Of a stretch of DNA of 64,000 nucleotides, positions 1 to 14,016 are shown one piece after another. A program made the translations under genes and the position numbers. This DNA is from Bugula neritina (Eukaryota; Animalia; Bryozoa). The number at the start of each line of letters is the position of its first letter. Position 1 is the stretch's first letter. The DNA lies in NCBI GenBank assembly GCA_964035545.1, contig CAXIUT010000097.1, positions 248,001 through 312,000 of the forward strand, read 5' to 3'. The notes under the pieces are model-generated. The model made no database searches, was not told the DNA's origin, and was given only the letters and a program-made list of their open reading frames with translations.

Positions 1-60
1 AACATACTAAAATACACTGTAACATATTGAAATACACTGCAACACATTGAAATATACTGC

Positions 61-110
61 AATGTACCGAAATATATGGTAAACTACTGAAATATACTGT
101 CACACATTGA
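61..110. repeat. Landmark motif X (first copy): AATGTACCGAAATATATGGTAAACTACTGAAATATACTGTCACAC, recurring throughout the array
   Basis: A cluster of three strongly diverged monomers, seen again at about 1777, 2706, 3366, 4516, 5853 and onward to ~63596. Confidence 0.9.
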
Positions 111-453
111 TAAAACTGCAACATACTGAAATATACTGCGACACATTGCAATATACTGTAACATACTGAAATATGCTGTAGCACACTGAAATACACTGCA
201 ACTCACTGAAATATACTGCAACATACTGAAATACACTATAACATATTGAAATATACTGCAACATACTGAAATACAGTGCTACATACTGAAATTTACTGCA
301 ACGTACTGCAACATAGTGAAATACACTGCAACATACTGCAAGATAGTGAAATACACTGTAACATACTGAAATACACCTCAAAATACTACAACATATTGAA
401 ATGCACTGTAACATATTGAAATACACTGCAACACATTGAAATATACTGCAACA

Positions 454-500
454 TACCTAAATATACGGTAATATACCAAAATATACTGTAACACATTGAA
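454..500. repeat. Landmark motif Y (first copy): TACCTAAATATACGGTRRYRTACCAAAAT, recurring throughout the array
   Basis: Seen again at about 933, 2100, 3080, 3690, 4909 and onward to ~63940, with central variants GGTAATAT, GGTAATGT, GGTGATAT, GGTGACAT and GGTGGTAT. Confidence 0.9.
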
Positions 501-3500
501 AACTACTGCAACATACTGAAATACACTGAAACACACCGAAAAACACTGAAAATACTGTAACACACTGAAATATACTGCAAAATACTGAAATATACTGCAA
601 AATACTGAAATACACTGCTAAATACTGAAATATACTGCAACACACCGCAACATACTGCAACATACTAAAGTATACTGCAACATACTGAAATACACTGCAA
701 AATACTGAAATACACTATAACATACTGAAATATACTGCAACATACTGAAATACAGTGCTACATACTGAAATATACTGCAACATACTGCAACATAGTGAAA
801 TAAACTGCAACATACTGCAAGATAGTGAAATACACTGTAACATACTGAAATACACCGCAAAGTACTACAACATATTGAAATGCACTGTAACATATTGAAA
901 TACACTGCGACACATTGAAATATACTGCAAAATACCTAAATATACGGTAATGTACCAAAATATACTGTAACACATTGAAAAATACTGCAACATACTGAAA
1001 TACACTGCAACACACCGAAAAACACTGCAAAATAGTGTAACACACTGAAATATACTGCAACACACTGCAACATACTGCAACATACTAGAATACACTGTAA
1101 CATAGTGAAATATACTGCAACATACTGAAATACACTGTAACATACTGAAGTATACTGCAACATACTGAAATACACTGCTACATACTGAAATATACTGCAA
1201 CACACAGCAACATACTACAACATACTAAAATAAACTGTAACATATTGGAATACACTGCAACACATTGAAATTTACTGCAAAATACTGAAATACACTGCTA
1301 CATACTGAAATTTACTGCGACACACTGCAACATACTGCAACATACTAAAATGCACTGTAACATAGTGAAATAGACTGCAACACATTGAAATATACTGCAA
1401 AATACTGAAATACACTGCTATATACTGAAATACACTGCAACACACTACAACATACTGCAACATGCTAAAATATACTGCAACATACTGAAATACACTGCAA
1501 AATACTGAAATACACTGTAACATACTGAAGTATACTGCAACATACTGAAATACACTGCTACATACTGAAATATACTGCAAAATACTGAAATACACTGCTA
1601 TATACTGAAATACACTGCAACACACTACAACATACTGCAACATGCTAAAAGCTGCAACATACTGAAATACACTGCTACATACTGAAATATACTGCAACAC
1701 ACAGCAACTTACTGCAACATACTAAAATACACTGTAACATATTGAAATACACTGCAACACATTGAAATATACCGCAATGTACCGAAATATATGGTAAACT
1801 ACTGAAATATACTGTCACACATTTAAAAATACTGCAACATACTGAAATATACTGCGACACATCGCAATATAATGTAACGTACTGAAATATGCTGTAGCAC
1901 ATTGAAATACACTGCAACTCACTGAAATATACTGCAACATATTGAAATATACTGCAACATACTGAAATACACTGCTACATACTAAAATATACTGCAACAT
2001 ACTGCAACATAGTGAAATACACTGTAACATACTGAAATACACTGCAACATACTACAACATATTGAAATACACTGCAACACATTGAAATATACTGCATTAT
2101 ACCTAAATATACGGTGATATACCAAAATATACTGTAACACATTTAAAAATACTGCAACATACTGAAAGACACTGCAACACACTGAAATACACTGCAAAAT
2201 ACTGTAACACACTGAAATATACTGCAACACACTGCAACATACTGCAACATACTAAAATATACTGCAACATACTGAAATACACTGCAAAATATTCAAATAC
2301 ACTGTAACATATTGAAATATACTGCAACATACTGAAATACAGTGCTACATACTGAAATATACTGCAACATAGTGCAACATAGTGAAATACACTGCAACAT
2401 ACTGCAAGATAGTGAAATACACTGTAACATACTGAAGTATACTGCAACATGCTGAAATACACTGCTACATACTGAAATATACTGCAACACACTGCAAGAT
2501 ACTGCAACATACTAAAATATACTGCAACATACTGAAATACACTGCAGAATACTGAAATACACTGTAACATACTGAAATATACTGCAAAATACTGAAATAC
2601 ACTGCTACATACTGAAATATACTGCAACACACTGCGACATACTGCAACATACTAAAATACACTGTAACATATTGAAATACACTGCAACACATTGAAATAT
2701 ACTGCAATGTACCGAAATATATGGTAAACTACTGAAATATACTGTCACACATTGAAAAACACTGCAACATACTGAAATATACTGCGACACATTGCAATAT
2801 ACTGTAACATACTGAAATATGCTGTAGCACACTGAGATACACTGCAACTCACTGAAATATACTGCAACATACTGAAATACACTGTAACATATTGAAATAT
2901 ACTGCAACATACTGAAATACAGTGCTACATACTTAAATATACTGCAACATACTGCAACATAGTGAAATACACTGCAACATACTGCAAGATAGTGAAATAC
3001 ACTGTAACATACTGAAAAACACCGCAAAATACTAGAACATATTGAAATACACTGCAACACATTGAAATATACTGCAAAATACCTAAATATACGGTAATGT
3101 ACCAAAATATACTGTAACACATTGAAAAATACTGCAACATACTGAAATACACTGCAACACACCGAAAAACACTGCAAAATACTGTAACACACTGAAATAT
3201 ACTGCAACACACTGCAACATACTGCAACATACTAGAATACACTGTAACATATTGAAATACACTGCTAAATACTGAAATATACTGCAACACACCGCAACAT
3301 ACTGCAACATACTAAAATAGACTGTAACATATTGAAATACACTGCAACACATTGAAATATACTGCAATGTACCGAAATATAAGGTAAACTACTGAAATAT
3401 ACTGTCACACATTGAAAAATACTGCAACATACTGAAATATACTGCGACACATTGCAATATACTGTAACATACTGAAATATGCTGTAGCACACTGAAATAC

Positions 3501-3816
3501 ACTGCAACATACTGAAATACACTGTAACATATTGAAATATACTGCAACACACTGCAATACAGTGCTACATACTGAAATATACTGCAACATACTGCAACAT
3601 AGTGAAATTCACTGTAACATACTGAAAAACACTGCAACATACTACAACATATTAAAATACACTGCAACACATTGAAATATACTGCAACATACCTAAATAT
3701 ACGGTGATATACCAAAATAAACTGTAACACATTTAAAAAGACTGCAACATACTGAAATACACTGCAACACTCTGAAATACACTGCAAAATACTGTAACAC
3801 ACTGAAATATACTGCA

Positions 3817-6800
3817 ACACACTGCAACATACTGCAACATACTAGAATACACTGTAACATATTGAAATATACTGCAACATACTGAAATACACTGCTACAT
3901 ACTGAAATTTACTTCGACATACAGCAACATACTGCAACATACTAAAATACACTGTAACATATTGGAATACACTGCAACACATTGAAATATACTGCAAAAT
4001 ACTGAAATACACTGCTACATACTGAAATATACTGCAACACACTGCAACATACTGCAACATACTAAAGTATACTGCAACATACTGAAATACACTGCAGAAT
4101 ACTGAAATACACTGTAACATACTGAAATATACTGCAAAATACTGAAATACATTGCTACATACTGAAATATACTGCAACACACTGCGACATACTGCAACAT
4201 ACTAAAATGCACTGTAACATATTGGAATAGACTGCAACACATTGAAATATACTGCAAAATACTGAAATACACTGCTACATACTGAAATATACTGCAACAC
4301 ACTGCAACATACTGCAACATACTAAAATATACTGCAACATACAGAAATACACTGCAGAATACTGAAATACACTGTAACATACTGAAATATACTGCAAAAT
4401 ACTGAAATACACTGCTACATACAGAAATATACTGCAACACACTGCGACATACTGCAACATACTAAAATACACTGTAACATATTGAAATACACTGCAACAC
4501 ATTGAAATATACTGCAATGTACCGAAATATATGGTAAACTACTGAAATATACTGTCACACATTGATAAAACTGCAACATACTGAAATATACTGCGACACA
4601 TTGCAATATACTGTAACATACTGAAATATGCTGTAGCACACTGAAATACACTGCAACTCACTGAAATATACTGCAACATACTGAAATACACTATAACATA
4701 TTGAAATATACTGCAACATACTGAAATACAGTGCTACATACTGAAATTTACTGCAACGTACTGCAACATAGTGAAATACACTGCAACATACTGCAAGATA
4801 GTGAAATACACTGTAACATACTGAAATACACCGCAAAATACTACAACATATTGAAATGCACTGTAACATATTGAAATACACTGCAACACATTGAAATATA
4901 CTGCAACATACCTAAATATACGGTAATATACCAAAATATACTGTAACACATTGAAAAATACTGCAACATACTGAAATACACTGAAACACACCGAAAAACA
5001 CTGAAAATACTGTAACACACTGAAATATACTGCAAAATACTGAAATATACTGCAAAATACTGAAATACACTGCTAAATACTGAAATATACTGCAACACAC
5101 CGCAACATACTGCAACATACTAAAGTATACTGCAACATACTGAAATACACTGCAAAATACTGAAATACACTATAACATACTGAAATATACTGCAACATAC
5201 TGAAATACAGTGCTACATACTGAAATATACTGCAACATACTGCAACATAGTGAAATAAACTGCAACATACTGCAAGATAGTGAAATACACTGTAACATAC
5301 TGAAATACACCGCAAAGTACTACAACATATTGAAATGCACTGTAACATATTGAAATACACTGCGACACATTGAAATATACTGCAAAATACCTAAATATAC
5401 GGTAATGTACCAAAATATACTGTAACACATTGAAAAATACTGCAACATACTGAAATACACTGCAACACACCGAAAAACACTGCAAAATACTGTAACACAC
5501 TGAAATATACTGCAACACACTGCAACATACTGCAACATACTAGAATACACTGTAACATATTGAAATATACTGCAACATACTGAAATACACTGTAACATAC
5601 TGAAGTATACTGCAACATACTGAAATACACTGCTACATACTGAAATATACTGCAACACACAGCAACATACTACAACATACTAAAATACACTGTAACATAT
5701 TGGAATACACTGCAACACATTGAAATTTACTGCAAAATACTGAAATACGCTGCTACATACTGAAATATACTGCAACACACAGCAACTTACTGCAACATAC
5801 TAAAATACACTGTAACATATTGAAATACACTGCAACACATTGAAATATACCGCAATGTACCGAAATATATGGTAAACTACTGAAATATACTGTCACACAT
5901 TTAAAAATACTGCAACATACTGAAATATACTGCGACACATCGCAATATAATGTAACGTACTGAAATATGCTGTAGCACATTGAAATACACTGCAACTCAC
6001 TGAAATATACTGCAACATATTGAAATATACTGCAACATACTGAAATACACTGCTACATACTAAAATATACTGCAACATACTGCAACATAGTGAAATACAC
6101 TGTAACATACTGAAATACACTGCAACATACTACAACATATTGAAATACACTGCAACACATTGAAATATACTGCATTATACCTAAATATACGGTGATATAC
6201 CAAAATATACTGTAACACATTTAAAAATACTGCAACATACTGAAAGACACTGCAACACACTGAAATACACTGCAAAATACTGTAACACACTGAAATATAC
6301 TGCAACACACTGCAACATACTGCAACATACTAAAATATACTGCAACATACTGAAATACACTGCAAAATATTCAAATACACTGTAACATATTGAAATATAC
6401 TGCAACATACTGAAATACAGTGCTACATACTGAAATATACTGCAACATAGTGCAACATAGTGAAATACACTGCAACATACTGCAAGATAGTGAAATACAC
6501 TGTAACATACTGAAGTATACTGCAACATGCTGAAATACACTGCTACATACTGAAATATACTGATACACACAGCAACATACTGCAACATACTAAAATACAG
6601 TGTGACATATTGGAATACACTGCAACACATTGAAATACACTGCAAAATACTGAAATACACTGCTACATACTGAAATATACTGCGACACACTGCAACATAC
6701 TGCAACATACTAGAATACACTGTAACATATTGAAATATACTGCAACATACTGAAATACACTGCAAAATACTGTAACACACTGAAATATACTGCAAAATAC

Positions 6801-9800
6801 TGAAATACACTGCTACATACTGAAATATACTGCGACACACTGCAACATACTGCAACATACTAGAATACACTGTAACATATTGAAATATACTGCAACATAC
6901 TGAAATACACTGCAAAATACTGTAACACACTGAAATATACTGCAACACACTGCAACATACTGCAACATACTAGAATACACTGTAACATATTGAAATATAC
7001 TGCAACATACTGAAATACACTGCTACATACTGAAATTTACTGCGACATACAGCAACATACTGCAACATACTAAAATACACTGTAACATATTGGAATACAC
7101 TGCAACACATTGAAATATACTGCAAAATACTGAAATACACTGCTACATACTGAAATATACTGCAACACACTGCAACATACTGCAACATACTAAAGTATAC
7201 TGCAACATACTGAAATACACTGCAGAATACTGAAATACACTGTAACATACTGAAATATACTGCAAAATACTGAAATACATTGCTACATACTGAAATATAC
7301 TGCAACACACTGCGACATACTGCAACATACTAAAATGCACTGTAACATATTGGAATAGACTGCAACACATTGAAATATACTGCAAAATACTGAAATACAC
7401 TGCTACATACTGAAATATACTGCAACACACTGCAACATACTGCAACATACTAAAATATACTGCAACATACTGAAATACACTGCAGAATACTGAAATACAC
7501 TGTAACATACTGAAATATACTGCAAAATACTGAAATACACTGCTACATACAGAAATATACTGCAACACACTGCGACATACTGCAACATACTAAAATACAC
7601 TGTAACATATTGAAATACACTGCAACACATTGAAATATACTGCAATGTACCGAAATATATGGTAAACTACTGAAATATACTGTCACACATTGATAAAACT
7701 GCAACATACTGAAATATACTGCGACACATTGCAATATACTGTAACATACTGAAATATGCTGTAGCACACTGAAATACACTGCAACTCACTGAAATATACT
7801 GCAACATACTGAAATACACTATAACATATTGAAATATACTGCAACATACTGAAATACAGTGCTACATACTGAAATTTACTGCAACGTACTGCAACATAGT
7901 GAAATACACTGCAACATACTGCAAGATAGTGAAATACACTGTAACATACTGAAATACACCTCAAAATACTACAACATATTGAAATGCACTGTAACATATT
8001 GAAATACACTGCAACACATTGAAATATACTGCAACATACCTAAATATACGGTAATATACCAAAATATACTGTAACACATTGAAAACTACTGCAACATACT
8101 GAAATACACTGAAACACACCGAAAAACACTGAAAATACTGTAACACACTGAAATATACTGCAAAATACTGAAATATACTGCAAAATACTGAAATACACTG
8201 CTAAATACTGAAATATACTGCAACACACCGCAACATACTGCAACATACTAAAGTATACTGCAACATACTGAAATACACTGCAAAATACTGAAATACACTA
8301 TAACATACTGAAATATACTGCAACATACTGAAATACAGTGCTACATACTGAAATATACTGCAACATACTGCAACATAGTGAAATAAACTGCAACATACTG
8401 CAAGATAGTGAAATACACTGTAACATACTGAAATACACCGCAAAGTACTACAACATATTGAAATGCACTGTAACATATTGAAATACACTGCGACACATTG
8501 AAATATACTGCAAAATACCTAAATATACGGTAATGTACCAAAATATACTGTAACACATTGAAAAATACTGCAACATACTGAAATACACTGCAACACACCG
8601 AAAAACACTGCGAAATACTGTAACACACTGAAATATACTGCAACACACTGCAACATACTGCAACATACTAGAATACACTGTAACATAGTGAAATATACTG
8701 CAACATACTGAAATACACTGTAACATACTGAAGTATACTGCAACATACTGAAATACACTGCTACATACTGAAATATACTGCAACACACAGCAACATACTA
8801 CAACATACTAAAATACACTGTAACATATTGGAATACACTGCAACACATTGAAATTTACTGCAAAATACTGAAATACACTGCTACATACTGAAATTTACTG
8901 CGACACACTGCAACATACTGCAACATACTAGAATACACTGTAACATATTGAAATATACTGCAACATACTGAAATACACTGCTACATACTGAAATTTACTG
9001 CGACATACAGCAACATACTGCAACATACTAAAATACACTGTAACATATTGGAATACACTGCAACACATTGAAATATACTGCAAAATACTGAAATACACTG
9101 CTACATACTGAAATATACTGCAACACACTGCAACATACTGCAACATACTAAAGTATACTGCAACATACTGAAATACACTGCAGAATACTGAAATACACTG
9201 TAACATACTGAAATATACTGCAAAATACTGAAATACATTGCTACATACTGAAATATACTGCAACACACTGCGACATACTGCAACATACTAAAATGCACTG
9301 TAACATATTGGAATAGACTGCAACACATTGAAATATACTGCAAAATACTGAAATACACTGCTACATACTGAAATATACTGCAACACACTGCAACATACTG
9401 CAACATACTAAAATATACTGCAACATACAGAAATACACTGCAGAATACTGAAATACACTGTAACATACTGAAATATACTGCAAAATACTGAAATACACTG
9501 CTACATACAGAAATATACTGCAACACACTGCGACATACTGCAACATACTAAAATACACTGTAACATATTGAAATACACTGCAACACATTGAAATATACTG
9601 CAATGTACCGAAATATATGGTAAACTACTGAAATATACTGTCACACATTGATAAAACTGCAACATACTGAAATATACTGCGACACATTGCAATATACTGT
9701 AACATACTGAAATATGCTGTAGCACACTGAAATACACTGCAACTCACTGAAATATACTGCAACATACTGAAATACACTATAACATATTGAAATATACTGC

Positions 9801-12800
9801 AACATACTGAAATACAGTGCTACATACTGAAATTTACTGCAACGTACTGCAACATAGTGAAATACACTGCAACATACTGCAAGATAGTGAAATACACTGT
9901 AACATACTGAAATACACCGCAAAATACTACAACATATTGAAATGCACTGTAACATATTGAAATACACTGCAACACATTGAAATATACTGCAACATACCTA
10001 AATATACGGTAATATACCAAAATATACTGTAACACATTGAAAAATACTGCAACATACTGAAATACACTGAAACACACCGAAAAACACTGAAAATACTGTA
10101 ACACACTGAAATATACTGCAAAATACTGAAATATACTGCAAAATACTGAAATACACTGCTAAATACTGAAATATACTGCAACACACCGCAACATACTGCA
10201 ACATACTAAAGTATACTGCAACATACTGAAATACACTGCAAAATACTGAAATACACTATAACATACTGAAATATACTGCAACATACTGAAATACAGTGCT
10301 ACATACTGAAATATACTGCAACATACTGCAACATAGTGAAATAAACTGCAACATACTGCAAGATAGTGAAATACACTGTAACATACTGAAATACACCGCA
10401 AAGTACTACAACATATTGAAATGCACTGTAACATATTGAAATACACTGCGACACATTGAAATATACTGCAAAATACCTAAATATACGGTAATGTACCAAA
10501 ATATACTGTAACACATTGAAAAATACTGCAACATACTGAAATACACTGCAACACACCGAAAAACACTGCAAAATACTGTAACACACTGAAATATACTGCA
10601 ACACACTGCAACATACTGCAACATACTAGAATACACTGTAACATATTGAAATATACTGCAACATACTGAAATACACTGTAACATACTGAAGTATACTGCA
10701 ACATACTGAAATACACTGCTACATACTGAAATATACTGCAACACACAGCAACATACTACAACATACTAAAATACACTGTAACATATTGGAATACACTGCA
10801 ACACATTGAAATTTACTGCAAAATACTGAAATACGCTGCTACATACTGAAATATACTGCAACACACAGCAACTTACTGCAACATACTAAAATACACTGTA
10901 ACATATTGAAATACACTGCAACACATTGAAATATACCGCAATGTACCGAAATATATGGTAAACTACTGAAATATACTGTCACACATTTAAAAATACTGCA
11001 ACATACTGAAATATACTGCGACACATCGCAATATAATGTAACGTACTGAAATATGCTGTAGCACATTGAAATACACTGCAACTCACTGAAATATACTGCA
11101 ACATATTGAAATATACTGCAACATACTGAAATACACTGCTACATACTAAAATATACTGCAACATACTGCAACATAGTGAAATACACTGTAACATACTGAA
11201 ATACACTGCAACATACTACAACATATTGAAATACACTGCAACACATTGAAATATACTGCATTATACCTAAATATACGGTGATATACCAAAATATACTGTA
11301 ACACATTTAAAAATACTGCAACATACTGAAAGACACTGCAACACACTGAAATACACTGCAAAATACTGTAACACACTGAAATATACTGCAACACACTGCA
11401 ACATACTGCAACATACTAAAATATACTGCAACATACTGAAATACACTGCAAAATATTCAAATACACTGTAACATATTGAAATATACTGCAACATACTGAA
11501 ATACAGTGCTACATACTGAAATATACTGCAACATAGTGCAACATAGTGAAATACACTGCAACATACTGCAAGATAGTGAAATACACTGTAACATACTGAA
11601 GTATACTGCAACATGCTGAAATACACTGCTACATACTGAAATATACTGATACACACAGCAACATACTGCAACATACTAAAATACAGTGTGACATATTGGA
11701 ATACACTGCAACACATTGAAATACACTGCAAAATACTGAAATACACTGCTACATACTGAAATATACTGCGACACACTGCAACATACTGCAACATACTAGA
11801 ATACACTGTAACATATTGAAATATACTGCAACATACTGAAATACACTGCAAAATACTGTAACACACTGAAATATACTGCAAAATACTGAAATACACTGCT
11901 ACATACTGAAATATACTGCGACACACTGCAACATACTGCAACATACTAGAATACACTGTAACATATTGAAATATACTGCAACATACTGAAATACACTGCA
12001 AAATACTGTAACACACTGAAATATACTGCAACACACTGCAACATACTGCAACATACTAGAATACACTGTAACATATTGAAATATACTGCAACATACTGAA
12101 ATACACTGCTACATACTGAAATTTACTGCGACATACAGCAACATACTGCAACATACTAAAATACACTGTAACATATTGGAATACACTGCAACACATTGAA
12201 ATATACTGCAAAATACTGAAATACACTGCTACATACTGAAATATACTGCAACACACTGCAACATACTGCAACATACTAAAGTATACTGCAACATACTGAA
12301 ATACACTGCAGAATACTGAAATACACTGTAACATACTGAAATATACTGCAAAATACTGAAATACATTGCTACATACTGAAATATACTGCAACACACTGCG
12401 ACATACTGCAACATACTAAAATGCACTGTAACATATTGGAATAGACTGCAACACATTGAAATATACTGCAAAATACTGAAATACACTGCTACATACTGAA
12501 ATATACTGCAACACACTGCAACATACTGCAACATACTAAAATATACTGCAACATACTGAAATACACTGCAGAATACTGAAATACACTGTAACATACTGAA
12601 ATATACTGCAAAATACTGAAATACACTGCTACATACAGAAATATACTGCAACACACTGCGACATACTGCAACATACTAAAATACACTGTAACATATTGAA
12701 ATACACTGCAACACATTGAAATATACTGCAATGTACCGAAATATATGGTAAACTACTGAAATATACTGTCACACATTGATAAAACTGCAACATACTGAAA

Positions 12801-14016
12801 TATACTGCGACACATTGCAATATACTGTAACATACTGAAATATGCTGTAGCACACTGAAATACACTGCAACTCACTGAAATATACTGCAACATACTGAAA
12901 TACACTATAACATATTGAAATATACTGCAACATACTGAAATACAGTGCTACATACTGAAATTTACTGCAACGTACTGCAACATAGTGAAATACACTGCAA
13001 CATACTGCAAGATAGTGAAATACACTGTAACATACTGAAATACACCTCAAAATACTACAACATATTGAAATGCACTGTAACATATTGAAATACACTGCAA
13101 CACATTGAAATATACTGCAACATACCTAAATATACGGTAATATACCAAAATATACTGTAACACATTGAAAACTACTGCAACATACTGAAATACACTGAAA
13201 CACACCGAAAAACACTGAAAATACTGTAACACACTGAAATATACTGCAAAATACTGAAATATACTGCAAAATACTGAAATACACTGCTAAATACTGAAAT
13301 ATACTTCAACACACCGCAACATACTGCAACATACTAAAGTATACTGCAACATACTGAAATACACTGCAAAATACTGAAATACACTATAACATACTGAAAT
13401 ATACTGCAACATACTGAAATACAGTGCTACATACTGAAATATACTGCAACATACTGCAACATAGTGAAATAAACTGCAACATACTGCAAGATAGTGAAAT
13501 ACACTGTAACATACTGAAATACACCGCAAAGTACTACAACATATTGAAATGCACTGTAACATATTGAAATACACTGCGACACATTGAAATATACTGCAAA
13601 ATACCAAAATATACGGTAATGTACCAAAATATACTGTAACACATTGAAAAATACTGCAACATACTGAAATACACTGCAACACACCGAAAAACACTGCGAA
13701 ATACTGTAACACACTGAAATATACTGCAACACACTGCAACATACTGCAACATACTAGAATACACTGTAACATAGTGAAATATACTGCAACATACTGAAAT
13801 ACACTGTAACATACTGAAGTATACTGCAACATACTGAAATACACTGCTACATACTGAAATATACTGCAACACACAGCAACATACTACAACATACTAAAAT
13901 ACACTGTAACATATTGGAATACACTGCAACACATTGAAATTTACTGCAAAATACTGAAATACACTGCTACATACTGAAATTTACTGCGACACACTGCAAC
14001 ATACTGCAACATACTA
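3817..14016. repeat. 5086-bp tandem direct duplication (3817-8930 repeated at 8903-14016)
   Basis: ORF offsets 3842->8928, 4555->9641, 6181->11267, 6970->12056 and 7683->12769 are all 5086. The junction lies in a 28-bp shared tract at 8903-8930. Confidence 0.9.
6641..6945. repeat. Local 150-bp tandem duplication (also present at ~11727-12031)
   Basis: TGCTACATAC...TGCGACACAC...TAGAATACAC...TGTAACACAC begins at 6661 and again at 6811; it is visible as an internal 50-aa repeat in the 255-aa ORFs. Confidence 0.85.

Noticed and set aside
65-477. CENP-B box, terminator or stable hairpin at the X/Y landmarks
   Set aside because: No match to the TTCG....A..CGGG core of the CENP-B box; the stems are only 4 bp.
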